Of a stretch of DNA of 64,000 nucleotides, positions 48,395-58,334 are shown one piece after another (position 1 is the stretch's first letter; each line of letters begins with the position of its first letter). The notes beneath the pieces are model-generated. The model saw only the letters and a program-made list of their open reading frames with translations. It was not told the DNA's origin and ran no database searches. The translations under genes and the position numbers were made by a program. Source of the DNA: Candidatus Shapirobacteria bacterium (GTDB lineage Bacteria > Patescibacteriota > Microgenomatia > UBA12405); assembly GCA_016188545.1 (NCBI GenBank), contig JACPHO010000002.1, positions 64,013 through 128,012 of the forward strand, written 5' to 3'.

Positions 48395-50542
48395 ATGGCG
48401 ATTGACAAAATTGGCTTGAGGTACATTCCCAGTGAGGCTGTGTTTGTTGGGGAAAAAGTGGTTGATGAAGCATGGAAAAAAGTAGTAGTTGAGAATGCGG
48501 AAATAGCCCGAAGAGAAGTTTTGGGGGTAACTGATACACCCAGAGCTAGAGATGGAATAAATTTGATTTTTAAAAATCTCAATGTGATGACTGGTGGTTC
48601 ATATGGAAATGCGAATGAGTTAGTGGATGCTGTAGAAAATGACCCGGGTAATGAAAACTTGGCTTTAGGACAATTGATGTTGGCCCAAAGTGTGTATTTG
48701 GCAATGAGGGATGGGGGAAATGTAAAAATGGAGGGGGCTTTGGCATCGGGTACGGCTACAACTATTGAAAATGAACTGCCGGCAAGACTAAAAGGGATCG
48801 CAAGAGAAGTGAGAAACTTGGAAATAACAAGTCCTAAATATAGAAATATCTTGGATGAGATGGATGCAAATGCAGCACTTGATAAATGGCAAAAACTTCC
48901 ACCCTCTGTAGATGAACAAAGGAAACTGCTGGAGATGGCTATGACTTCTTTGAAGACTGGTGGTAATGGACCTGTAAATGATGAAGAAAAAAGGGAATAC
49001 AGCCTGGTAGTTAGAAGTTTGAGAGCAAGATTGAATATTTTGGATGCGGGTGGAGATAACGCATTGTTAGTACATTTTGTAAATGAAAAAAAAGAGAGAG
49101 AAAGTAGTGTCGTTGATCAACTTAGGCAGAGAGCCGAAGAAGGATCAAGGCAAAAGGCTGATTATTTTAAGGCTATGGCCGGTGGAGCAACGCCTGATTC
49201 GTTTGTCTCGCCAAGTTCGCCAATGGCCCCTGAGTGGTTGAAAGGGATGGAGCCGAGACATGCTTTGTTACTGACGGAATTAAACAACGCTTCATTTATG
49301 TTGGGTAGGGTTTCGGGAATTGGTGAAGTCGTTCAAGGAAGTGGATTATTTAGAACAGATGATGATGGGATGGATTTTTTATTGAACCAAACACCAGGCG
49401 CCAGAGAGGCATTTGCTTTTATTTTACAAACATATTTTGACCCCGTAGACGAAGAAGGAAATATTTTCGACCCAAGTGTTGATAGAAGATCTATCGTAAA
49501 TGTAAGGCTCAAAGTGGATGACAAAGTACTAATGAGTGACTTTGTCGGAAATAGAGTATTTGACAATGTAAAAGGTTACCTTGTAGGAATGAGGCCACCA
49601 ATAGATTTTGGTGATGGTATTTTGGGGAAAGAAGCTGGGTCGTCAATGGCGGTTGGGGTAGTTTTGGCGTTATCTAGGGTTGGTTTTATGTTTAATGATG
49701 CTGACCCGAAAAGAAAAATGGGAAAATCTAACTTGCAAAATCAGGTATGGAATGCAAATTATCCGGCAGCTAAAGGGGCGCAGAAATTTAAAAAAGCTGA
49801 GCCTTGGGCAGGGTCCCAGGGAGATTGGTTGTTCGCTAGGCAACAAGGGGCAGTAACCGTTTCAAAAAATCAAGCTAAAGAGATAGAATTTGTAGAACGT
49901 TGGGAGAGTGGTGAGATTAATCCTTTGCCGGAAAGATTGATGATAAATTTTTTTGCAAATACAGAAGTGACGACTGCTACTAGTGGTAAAGTATCAATGA
50001 TTGAAGCGTTGTATTTTGGTTATGAAATAATATATGAACAAGGTAGCAATGACGATTGGGTATCTTATCAAGATGTGGTTAGAGCTGCGGCCGGTGCATT
50101 TGAATATATGAAAGGCGGTGATAAGCAAAAGTTAATGTTGGGAAAAAATGAAGGTGAGTGGGCTAATGGAATTAGGTCTATAGTATCTGACTTGAGTAAA
50201 AATGAAGAATTGGCACCTCAGTTTAGTAATGAACCGTTAATGAGTGGTGGAAAATGGGTTGGACCAAGTCCGCTGGCAGAACGGATGTTGTGGTTTATTG
50301 GAGCGTGTGGTGGGCTGGCAAACATTCCAGACTTAATTGTGACTCAGGGGGCAGATAAGTTTCAGGATAATGCGATGCGAAATGTGGTGGATACTACTGC
50401 AATGAAAATAATGTTGCCCAATGAGGCCGATAGAGAATGGATCCTTAAACAATTAAGTTGTGACGGTAAAGGTCAGATACAGATTGAGAAAAATAAATGG
50501 AAAAGAAGATCATTATTGGGATTGCCTAACAGTATTCTCTGA
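48395..50542 (+). CDS. Hypothetical protein
   Basis: 715 aa ORF with no recognised motif. Confidence 0.8.
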   Translation: MAIDKIGLRYIPSEAVFVGEKVVDEAWKKVVVENAEIARREVLGVTDTPRARDGINLIFKNLNVMTGGSYGNANELVDAVENDPGNENLALGQLMLAQSVYLAMRDGGNVKMEGALASGTATTIENELPARLKGIAREVRNLEITSPKYRNILDEMDANAALDKWQKLPPSVDEQRKLLEMAMTSLKTGGNGPVNDEEKREYSLVVRSLRARLNILDAGGDNALLVHFVNEKKERESSVVDQLRQRAEEGSRQKADYFKAMAGGATPDSFVSPSSPMAPEWLKGMEPRHALLLTELNNASFMLGRVSGIGEVVQGSGLFRTDDDGMDFLLNQTPGAREAFAFILQTYFDPVDEEGNIFDPSVDRRSIVNVRLKVDDKVLMSDFVGNRVFDNVKGYLVGMRPPIDFGDGILGKEAGSSMAVGVVLALSRVGFMFNDADPKRKMGKSNLQNQVWNANYPAAKGAQKFKKAEPWAGSQGDWLFARQQGAVTVSKNQAKEIEFVERWESGEINPLPERLMINFFANTEVTTATSGKVSMIEALYFGYEIIYEQGSNDDWVSYQDVVRAAAGAFEYMKGGDKQKLMLGKNEGEWANGIRSIVSDLSKNEELAPQFSNEPLMSGGKWVGPSPLAERMLWFIGACGGLANIPDLIVTQGADKFQDNAMRNVVDTTAMKIMLPNEADREWILKQLSCDGKGQIQIEKNKWKRRSLLGLPNSIL

Positions 50543-50544
50543 AA

Positions 50545-52053
50545 TTATTTGCGTTTTACCCAGCCAAACAGTCCGGCGGTGTCACCAGCGGCATTTCTTA
50601 ATTTATCGCCAGTAGTAAGATTACCTGCATTATTGGGATCGTTATAGTATTCTTGTTGTTTTTGAGAGGCCAGTTGGGCACCAAGACGACCAGCTCCAGT
50701 AACAGGTGCAAAGGCACCTTTTGTACCTTCACCAATCGCCTTACCCCAGGGAGATGGTTTGATGGCGAAGACAAACTCAGGGATCATTTCAGGCAGTTTT
50801 GAGACTAGGGCAATTACTGAAAGACCAATACCGACAGAAATAATACTAGGTAGATTGGCCGTACCAAGCCCCCATGAGGTAAGGGCAGTGGGAATTGACA
50901 TGTTGGAAATGACGCTAGGAGCCCACATACCTTTTTTGGAAAAATCGACCAGCATGTTGCCAACTACCATGAAAATAAGTGACACAGGGAAAATGGCAAG
51001 ATTGGCGATAAGATCCCAAATCCAGGTACTAAATCCCATCTTGGAATTGGGGAAGGCACCCATAGCTAGCTCAAGAGGGGCGATAACTATTTTGAAAATT
51101 ACCGTAACATAGGCCTTAAGACAGCCAAAATAAAACTTGAACATCCAGATAACAACAAGGATTAGCATAACCAGTAGAACAATAACTGGAACAATTCCGA
51201 GAGCAGTAATCGACCACCCGCCAGTAGGAACGAGAAACATAGCAGCAATAATTGCACCAAGTATAAATCCCCAGTACATAAACATGGTTGTTGGTATAGC
51301 TCGGAAAGTTAAATCGGCGTAGGTACCAATACCGGCATTGGTCAGAGTGTCAAAAGAATAGTTTTTGGTGCCATCAAGAAGGTTGGCAGACAGACCTTTG
51401 CCAGTAACTTCAAAAAGCAGAGCGATAACTACACCCTGGACAAAAGTCATTAGGTCGATAAGTAAACCGGCGATAGCGTAGGAAAAAGTGACTAAAACGA
51501 GAGTGGTGATCAGTTGAGGGACAGCATTTTGGACGGTAACCACAGCTTGGGGGGAGATCTTGACCCGGAGCATAATCATGACACCGATAATGATAAAAAC
51601 AAGTGAGGAAAGCAAATAAACTATGTTACGAAAACCCCGCCAGATAGGTAAAATTGGCTGGAGACCAGCAAACCCAAAACCTTGCTGGGCATAGGCCGGT
51701 TTGCCAAGAAAACTATCCTTGAGGCCAGCCAAATATTGGAATCCAGAAGCGGGAGGAGTCCAGAGACTGGCAATCATTTGGTTGGTAAATCCCAACATGC
51801 CGGCGGGAATATAACTAGTGGCGGTGCCATTGAGAACACTGTCGGGAATCTTACCAGTGAGTATTTCTAGTGCGATAACAGCATTACTGTCAAGAGATTC
51901 TTTGAGCCAACGTTCTTGATTGTTGCCTTTGAGAATGGCGTCACTTTTCTTTTTGTAGACACTGTTTTGAGTCGGGGGAGTCTGAGCAAACAAAGGGGTG
52001 ATAAAAGAGAAAAATAAAAAACAAAAAGTAAAAATAAGAAACAGGCGACGCAT
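50545..52053 (-). CDS. VirB6/TrbL-like polytopic membrane protein
   Basis: Signal peptide, PAYAQ, W...RN, TFSYAIAGLLID, multiple TMs; in pilin cluster. Confidence 0.7.
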   Translation of the reverse strand: MRRLFLIFTFCFLFFSFITPLFAQTPPTQNSVYKKKSDAILKGNNQERWLKESLDSNAVIALEILTGKIPDSVLNGTATSYIPAGMLGFTNQMIASLWTPPASGFQYLAGLKDSFLGKPAYAQQGFGFAGLQPILPIWRGFRNIVYLLSSLVFIIIGVMIMLRVKISPQAVVTVQNAVPQLITTLVLVTFSYAIAGLLIDLMTFVQGVVIALLFEVTGKGLSANLLDGTKNYSFDTLTNAGIGTYADLTFRAIPTTMFMYWGFILGAIIAAMFLVPTGGWSITALGIVPVIVLLVMLILVVIWMFKFYFGCLKAYVTVIFKIVIAPLELAMGAFPNSKMGFSTWIWDLIANLAIFPVSLIFMVVGNMLVDFSKKGMWAPSVISNMSIPTALTSWGLGTANLPSIISVGIGLSVIALVSKLPEMIPEFVFAIKPSPWGKAIGEGTKGAFAPVTGAGRLGAQLASQKQQEYYNDPNNAGNLTTGDKLRNAAGDTAGLFGWVKRK

Positions 52054-52072
52054 GGTGAATAATTTTAACATA

Positions 52073-53488
52073 TTAGAACTGCATTGATTCGGGTTGTAAT
52101 TGGCGGGCATAGGTGTTGAGAGTGTAGGGATTGCCTGGATCAAAGCTGTGACTGTCGGTGGAAGAAAAAGGACGATGGGGATCGTTGAGAGTGACGTCGG
52201 CTTCCTGGACATATTCAGGGATGAGGTTTTTGCGAGCGACTTCATCGATTTTCATATTGGCTTCCTGAGCGGGTTCGATGTGGTACTCGTAGGTGAGAGA
52301 GTGGGAGAAGGTCATAGCGGTCTCAAAGACAGTACCAAACTCTTCAAGGGACTGTTTGATGGCATAGAGCAGATCATTTGGTTTGTCGCGAATCTCATTT
52401 TTTTCATAGGTACCACAAAAATTGATGGGTGGAATGTCTTGACCGTCATAGTTGATAATGGCCAGTGAGTTAGCCGAAGCAAGAGATTCACCGCGGGGCA
52501 TGTTAGTTTTTTTGATTTCAGGGTTAACATCACGTTCATGGTCGTCGTTGTAGACAAAGACGCGACGCATACTGGGGCCACTGCCCTCAGGCCCTAAGGT
52601 TTTGTAGAGTTTGCAGGCTTCACTGGGGTCAAGAGCCTGAAAAGAGTCACTGGATGGGTCGGTAAAGTCACTGAGTCGGCCTGGAGTGGGAACGGGGAGG
52701 GAAGGATTAGTAGGATCATTGTTGTAGCAATTGTCATCGGGGTTGTAAAAGATTAGATTTTCTTCGGTGCCAGGAAGACAACGTCCAGTAGCAGGGTCGG
52801 TATTGACCAAAGATAGAGTGGGGTTTTGTTCCATGGTGATAGCAATGTCTTCGAGTTGAACTTTTTGACCGTCATCTTGATCGGAGTCGGTGACTGGTTT
52901 GGCGGAACCACCGTCGTACCAAGCAACTTGTTCATTACTGACAACTCCACCACCGGAGCCATTGGCTAATTTGACCGCTTTGACCAGTCTTTGGCCAACG
53001 AGACATTTGAGGACATCTTCGGGCATATTTTTGTTACCGGTGCCAATTGACCCTTCAGCATTGTCCGGAGTATAGGACATAAAGGAGCGGTTGATACTAT
53101 CAGTGTTGAGAAAATTCTTGGGATGGCTGTTGGTGGCTCGGTCGCGACCAAGGGCGGCAGGATTGGTCCAAAAACCTTTGTTGAATATGGGGGGACGGCC
53201 TTGGATTCGATTGACGTCGTAGGGGACAAAGGTAGTAGTTTGTTCACCAGTATTGGGATCAGTGGTGGTTTTTTCTTCAGGTTGGAAAGTTTGGGAAATG
53301 GTGAATTTACCGGTGCAAACTAGACCGACACTATTGGGATAATAGATGGAGTCATCAGAGAGAGCGGTGTCTGCAGGAGGTGAACCAGGGTCGGATCGTT
53401 TGATGATAATTGGGTTGAGAGCCAGAGCAGGAAAAGTAAAAAGTAAAAAGTTAAAAGTTAAAACAATAAATATGAAAACAGGTTTCAT
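52073..53488 (-). CDS. Secreted hypothetical protein
   Basis: Signal peptide ending ALA; acidic, Pro/Cys-containing. Confidence 0.75.
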   Translation of the reverse strand: MKPVFIFIVLTFNFLLFTFPALALNPIIIKRSDPGSPPADTALSDDSIYYPNSVGLVCTGKFTISQTFQPEEKTTTDPNTGEQTTTFVPYDVNRIQGRPPIFNKGFWTNPAALGRDRATNSHPKNFLNTDSINRSFMSYTPDNAEGSIGTGNKNMPEDVLKCLVGQRLVKAVKLANGSGGGVVSNEQVAWYDGGSAKPVTDSDQDDGQKVQLEDIAITMEQNPTLSLVNTDPATGRCLPGTEENLIFYNPDDNCYNNDPTNPSLPVPTPGRLSDFTDPSSDSFQALDPSEACKLYKTLGPEGSGPSMRRVFVYNDDHERDVNPEIKKTNMPRGESLASANSLAIINYDGQDIPPINFCGTYEKNEIRDKPNDLLYAIKQSLEEFGTVFETAMTFSHSLTYEYHIEPAQEANMKIDEVARKNLIPEYVQEADVTLNDPHRPFSSTDSHSFDPGNPYTLNTYARQLQPESMQF

Positions 53489-53875
53489 TTAGTGGCTGGG
53501 GATAATAAAGTTGGTAACGTCGGCACCGGTAATTTTTTTGATGAGTTGAAGAATTAGGTAGGAAGAGACAACACCAACTAACCCAAGAATAGACATGGTA
53601 AGAGTGGATGAGGCAGTGGCAACTCGTTTTTGATCACCACTACTAAAAAGATATTGAAAACCACCATTGATAAACATGACAAAAAAAATGATACCGGCGA
53701 GACCAACTATGACTTGGAGGATGTTACCAAAAAGACACTCGAGACCTTGGAGAGTAGCGACATCGCCTTGAGCGAGGCATTTTCCAGACCAGGTGGATTG
53801 GGCTTGGGCTGGAATAGCGAAAGAAAAAAGAAAAAAGTAAAAAGTAAAAATAAATTGGAAAAAACGATTTCTCAT
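53489..53875 (-). CDS. VirB2/TrbC-like pilin
   Basis: Signal peptide, two TMs around GGFQYLFSSGD. Confidence 0.8.
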   Translation of the reverse strand: MRNRFFQFIFTFYFFLFSFAIPAQAQSTWSGKCLAQGDVATLQGLECLFGNILQVIVGLAGIIFFVMFINGGFQYLFSSGDQKRVATASSTLTMSILGLVGVVSSYLILQLIKKITGADVTNFIIPSH

Positions 53876-53938
53876 GGGTAGATTATACAAAATCAACGTT
53901 GATTTACGAAATATGATTCATGATTTAAGAATAGAACA

Positions 53939-53968
53939 AAAATATCCCCGAGAAATCGGGGATATTTT
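53939..53968. terminator. Intrinsic terminator-like hairpin inside pilin cluster
   Basis: AAAATATCCCCGA-GAAA-TCGGGGATATTTT. Confidence 0.75.
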
Positions 53969-53989
53969 GATTTGTGATTGATTCCTTGG

Positions 53990-54367
53990 TTATTGGAAGG
54001 AAGGAACTTTGAATCCAGAGAGAAGCTGAATACCGAAAACGGTTTCGATGAGCTTCATAATGGCAAAAGCAGCAAAGACAATAGCCAAACCAATGAGGGC
54101 ATTGGTGATTTGGGCTCGGGCGGCTTCGACGGCTTTTTGATCACCTTCGGACATGACCCATTTGAGACCACCCCAGATGAGGATGAAGAAGAAAACCAGG
54201 GCGACAACCAACATAACTAAACTAATGGCACCGGAAATGATACCACCAAAGGTTAATTTGGTAAGGTTGTTCCAATTGCTGTCGTTGGGAATCAGTTTGA
54301 TATCTTGGGCGTAAACCGGAGCAGCGATAGCTGCGTATTGGACGAGATCTTTGAACTTTTGGACCAT
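53990..54367 (-). CDS. VirB2/TrbC-like pilin (likely major)
   Basis: GGLKWVMSEGD...A...ITNALIGL; followed by terminator. Confidence 0.82.
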   Translation of the reverse strand: MVQKFKDLVQYAAIAAPVYAQDIKLIPNDSNWNNLTKLTFGGIISGAISLVMLVVALVFFFILIWGGLKWVMSEGDQKAVEAARAQITNALIGLAIVFAAFAIMKLIETVFGIQLLSGFKVPSFQ

Positions 54368-54430
54368 AATAGGTGTGTTTTTCAATAAATTATTAATAAT
54401 TAGCTAATTGTAACAGTAAAGTAAATAAAA

Positions 54431-54820
54431 TTAAAGTGTAGGCCAAGTGATGGTAAGAGTGCTTAGTCCAGGGATACCAAGGACTATACCGACAAACTTG
54501 AGGATGGCAAAAATAGAAAAAACGACAAACAGACCGATGGTGGCATAAGTCATTTCATTCTTGCCTGACTCCCACCTTTTGGGATCACCCTCAGAGGCGA
54601 TCAGGTGATAGCCAGCAAAAACTATGTGCCAAACATAGTAAATTATGCCGACAATGAAAAAGATGGAAAAAACGGTTGAAAGGACGCTGTTAAAATAGGT
54701 TTTGGGAGCTGTAGAAGAGGTACAGTTTTTGAGAATGGGATTGCAAATGACCGCATGGACTGGGGTAGAAAAGTAAAAAGTAAAAAGTAAAAAGTAAAAA
54801 GTGGAAATTAGTTTTTTCAT
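54431..54820 (-). CDS. VirB2/TrbC-like pilin
   Basis: AGYHLIASEGD...ATIGL. Confidence 0.8.
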   Translation of the reverse strand: MKKLISTFYFLLFTFYFSTPVHAVICNPILKNCTSSTAPKTYFNSVLSTVFSIFFIVGIIYYVWHIVFAGYHLIASEGDPKRWESGKNEMTYATIGLFVVFSIFAILKFVGIVLGIPGLSTLTITWPTL

Positions 54821-54822
54821 AT

Positions 54823-55179
54823 TTAGAGACCCATTTGGGTGAATAAAGCATTAATGTCGAGGACATTGGTGATACCAGCCAGGGTGGCAATGAGAGAACC
54901 AAGGCCAACAGCAACGATAACAATGGTAAGACCAAGGACACCATTGGTGAGTCGGCTACGGGCAGCAGCCATATTTTTTTCGTCTCCTTGGGAGTTAATG
55001 TAAGAATAACCGGCGAGAATTATTTGAATGGCAAACCAAATAACAGCAAAGATGGTGAGAACACCAATTACTTGACCAACTATTTTTTCAAGAGCAGCGA
55101 CACCGTTGCCAGCAGGTTTGACACCTGGGCCAATGATTTCGGGAACATTAACATCAGCGAGTAGGCGATTAGGGTCCAT
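54823..55179 (-). CDS. VirB2/TrbC-like pilin
   Basis: AGYSYINSQGD...LTNGVLGL. Confidence 0.8.
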   Translation of the reverse strand: MDPNRLLADVNVPEIIGPGVKPAGNGVAALEKIVGQVIGVLTIFAVIWFAIQIILAGYSYINSQGDEKNMAAARSRLTNGVLGLTIVIVAVGLGSLIATLAGITNVLDINALFTQMGL

Positions 55180-55555
55180 AAATGACTGGGGCTAAAATTT
55201 TAATCCCGGTAAATCTTTCGACAACCGAGGCAATTACAAAAGCGGAGGCAATAATAACCATACCGAGGATACTCTGCCAGATTTGGGTCCAAGCAGTGGC
55301 GGCAGCTTTAGGGTCGCCAGCCGAGTTGATATAAGCATATCCAGCTAGAATTAGCTGGATGATCATATAGATACCACCAATAGTACCGGCGAATTTTAGG
55401 ACATTACCTAAAAATATGAACAGGCCCTGACCGTTGGGACTGGCGTATTTGGGGAGTGGGTTGGTGATGCCACCGATGACGCCTTGAGCTTGCGCTGGCA
55501 GCGCAGAGTAAAAAGTTAAAAGTAAAAAGTTAAAAGTTAAAAAAACTTGTTTCAT
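55169..55555 (-). CDS. VirB2/TrbC-like pilin
   Basis: AGYAYINSAGDP...SILGM. Confidence 0.8.
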   Translation of the reverse strand: MKQVFLTFNFLLLTFYSALPAQAQGVIGGITNPLPKYASPNGQGLFIFLGNVLKFAGTIGGIYMIIQLILAGYAYINSAGDPKAAATAWTQIWQSILGMVIIASAFVIASVVERFTGIKILAPVIYGP

Positions 55556-55559
55556 TTAT

Positions 55560-55886
55560 TTATAGTCCGGAGTTTAATATTTTTAGACCAGTAGTAACTT
55601 CAACTATTTGAACTATGAAGTAAGCGGTGATCACAATGACGAAGCCAATAATAGCGTCGGTTACTAAGGCTTTGCCTTGAGCAGACTTTTTGGAATCACT
55701 ACTGCCTGCGCCAATTATAACCATTAGACCGCCAAAAATCAAAAGAATAAGTAAAATTGTGCCAGCAATGGTAAATGAGTTTTTTACGATTACCGAAATC
55801 AATGATGAAAGAGTGGGAAAAGTTTGTGAGAGAGTTTTACCTGTGCCAGTGGGTGGATCAATAGCGATGGCGAGGAGGCGATTCAT
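55560..55886 (-). CDS. VirB2/TrbC-like pilin
   Basis: GGLMVIIGAG...GK...TDAIIGF. Confidence 0.8.
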   Translation of the reverse strand: MNRLLAIAIDPPTGTGKTLSQTFPTLSSLISVIVKNSFTIAGTILLILLIFGGLMVIIGAGSSDSKKSAQGKALVTDAIIGFVIVITAYFIVQIVEVTTGLKILNSGL

Positions 55887-56049
55887 GGCGTAATTATACA
55901 ATTAAATTACAAATTACAAATTTCTAATTACTAATTGATTATACAATAAAATAAAACCGCCGAATATATCGGTAAAATTTGGTATATTGACTGGTGTAAA
56001 ATGATGTTATAATACGCTCAATTAATTATAAAAAACTCCCCTACTCTTT

Positions 56050-56886
56050 ATGAGAAAAATGTGGATCTTTGTGTGGTTTTTGTGTCTAGGGTCTTTGAGT
56101 ATAAGTGCTGATGCCATTGAACGGATCAAGGTGTCACCAACAGCAACAATGACCGCAATAATGGAAACAGCTGTGGGGGAGTCAACACATCCAGTAGTAA
56201 AGATTGAGAAATGGAATGGTTTAAATACAGTAAAAGTAGCTTCAAAAGTGGCCATGAGTCGGGGGGTGTCTGAGATCACCATAGTATTGTTGCTACTTCT
56301 ACCACTTCTAGCCACCTTAATATCGGTACTCCACTATATATTTGGCTTTTCTGGATATGGAATTTTTATACCATCAATGATTGCGGTAGCATTCTTGGCT
56401 ACTGGGGTGACAGTTGGTCTGCTTTTATTTGCAATGATTTTAGTAATGTCACTTCTTAGTAATGTGATGTTGAGAAGGTTCCGACTACATTTTTGGCCAT
56501 CAAGAGCGATTAACCTGGTGTTTATATCATTGGGAACTTTGGGACTGATGTTGGTGATGTCATATGTTCCGATGGCGGAGATGAGTAAAATTTCTATTTT
56601 CCCGATACTACTAATGGTATTGTTATCAGAGGAATTTGTGAGAACTCAATTGGCTAAGAGTCGAAGTGAAGCTAAGAAGTTGACTTTGGGAACACTAATT
56701 TTGGCCGGGGTGGGAGCGGGAATGATGAGTGTAAGAGAGGTTCAAGAAGCGGTACTTTCGTATCCAGAATTGTGTTTGTTTACTGGACTCTTGATAAATC
56801 TTTTAGTCGGGAACTATAGTGGAATTAGATTGTCAGAAATAAAAAGGTTTGGAAAAGCTATTCGAAAGAAGGGAAGTATGAAGTAA
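56050..56886 (+). CDS. 7TM domain protein of the inactive-transglutaminase/ATP-grasp system
   Basis: LLPL, GYGIFIP, SIFP, NYSGIRLSEIKRF. Confidence 0.8.
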   Translation: MRKMWIFVWFLCLGSLSISADAIERIKVSPTATMTAIMETAVGESTHPVVKIEKWNGLNTVKVASKVAMSRGVSEITIVLLLLLPLLATLISVLHYIFGFSGYGIFIPSMIAVAFLATGVTVGLLLFAMILVMSLLSNVMLRRFRLHFWPSRAINLVFISLGTLGLMLVMSYVPMAEMSKISIFPILLMVLLSEEFVRTQLAKSRSEAKKLTLGTLILAGVGAGMMSVREVQEAVLSYPELCLFTGLLINLLVGNYSGIRLSEIKRFGKAIRKKGSMK

Positions 56887-56912
56887 GATTTATGATTTAT
56901 GAATAGAACAAA

Positions 56913-58310
56913 ATGTTTGGAATTAACCTTAAACAATATAGACAATTTTTGACTAAAAATGAGCGGAATAAGGTATATCTAAGAAAAAACAGCTCATTAG
57001 GTAGAGCAATCGCAGATAGTAAGCATAGAACAAAGATACTTTTAGGAAAGGCTGGTGTGGGTGTACCAGCGTTAATAAAGAGATTCAGAGACAGCTTCGA
57101 GGTGGAGAAATTTAAATGGGAAAAATTAGATGGTAATTTTGTAGTTAAACCGGTATCAGGATATGGGGGGGAGGGAATACTGATAATTAGAAAAATCCTA
57201 AATCCTAAATCCCAAGTCCAAAATAAAGAGACGAGGTGGCAAATGATGGATGGGAAAATAATCTCGGAATCAGGAATAAAAAACCACTGTCAAGACATAT
57301 TAGCTGGAAAATACAGTCTACATGGCATGCCAGATACAGTACTAGTAGAAGAACGAATAAAAATTCATCCAATGTTTTTGGCGATTACAAAGTCGGGGAC
57401 TCCAGATATTAGAGTTATTGTTTATAACAAGGTACCAGTGATGGCGATGTTTAGAATTCCAACTGAAAAAAGTAAGGGTAAAGCAAACCTGCAACAAGGA
57501 GCGATGGGTCTTGGGGTAGACCTGGCAACTGGAATTACCACTTTTGGAATTGAGGGAAAAAGTGAAGAGATAAAAAAATTATATGACAGTGGTAAGAAGA
57601 AGTGGATTAAAGTCAATGGAATTAAAGTACCTTTGTGGAGAGAAATACTTGAAACAGCGGTAAATTGTCAGAAGGCAATACCAGGGCTGGGGTTTTTGGG
57701 AGTGGATGTGGTGTTGGATAAAGAAAGGGGCCCCATGGTGTTGGAGGTAAATTCGCGTCCGGGGTTGTCAATTCAAATATGTAACAAAGCTGGATTAAAA
57801 CAGAGAATGGAGAAGGTGGATGATATCGACGTGAGAAGTACAAACCATGCAGTGACTTTGGCAAAGTATTTGTTTGGTGAAAGTTTTTTTGAAAAGGTAG
57901 AGCAGAAGGAAAAAATAAAAACAGTGGAGCCTTTGGAAACAATTAAAGTAAAAATTCCTAAGGGATTTCGACCGGAACTGAGTAAAAGTCCGATTTTACG
58001 CATGGGTAAACATCGAGTGGTAGAAGTGAGGGCGAAAATTGATACAGGAGCGTTTAGAAGTTCGATTGATGTAGTCTTGGCTGAAAAGTTGGGTTTACTC
58101 CAAGATAATCGGGTACTATATTATCGACATTACCGATCATCCCTGGGGAAAAATAAAGATCGACCAGTAGTGGGAGCAACTTTTTGGCTAAATGGTAAAA
58201 AGGTAACTACGGCGGTAAACGTAGCCGATAGAGCAAAATTGAGGACAAAATTTCTCTTAGGTCGAAAAGACTTGGAGGGTTTTCTTATTAGTGCAAAAAG
58301 AGAAAAATGA
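56913..58310 (+). CDS. Alpha-L-glutamate ligase-like ATP-grasp fused to retropepsin-like protease
   Basis: VKP..G.GG.GI, PDIRVI, ANLQQGA, EVNSRPGL; C-terminal AKIDTGA...LLGR. Confidence 0.88.
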   Translation: MFGINLKQYRQFLTKNERNKVYLRKNSSLGRAIADSKHRTKILLGKAGVGVPALIKRFRDSFEVEKFKWEKLDGNFVVKPVSGYGGEGILIIRKILNPKSQVQNKETRWQMMDGKIISESGIKNHCQDILAGKYSLHGMPDTVLVEERIKIHPMFLAITKSGTPDIRVIVYNKVPVMAMFRIPTEKSKGKANLQQGAMGLGVDLATGITTFGIEGKSEEIKKLYDSGKKKWIKVNGIKVPLWREILETAVNCQKAIPGLGFLGVDVVLDKERGPMVLEVNSRPGLSIQICNKAGLKQRMEKVDDIDVRSTNHAVTLAKYLFGESFFEKVEQKEKIKTVEPLETIKVKIPKGFRPELSKSPILRMGKHRVVEVRAKIDTGAFRSSIDVVLAEKLGLLQDNRVLYYRHYRSSLGKNKDRPVVGATFWLNGKKVTTAVNVADRAKLRTKFLLGRKDLEGFLISAKREK

Positions 58311-58334
58311 TTTATGATTTAAGATTTATGATAT

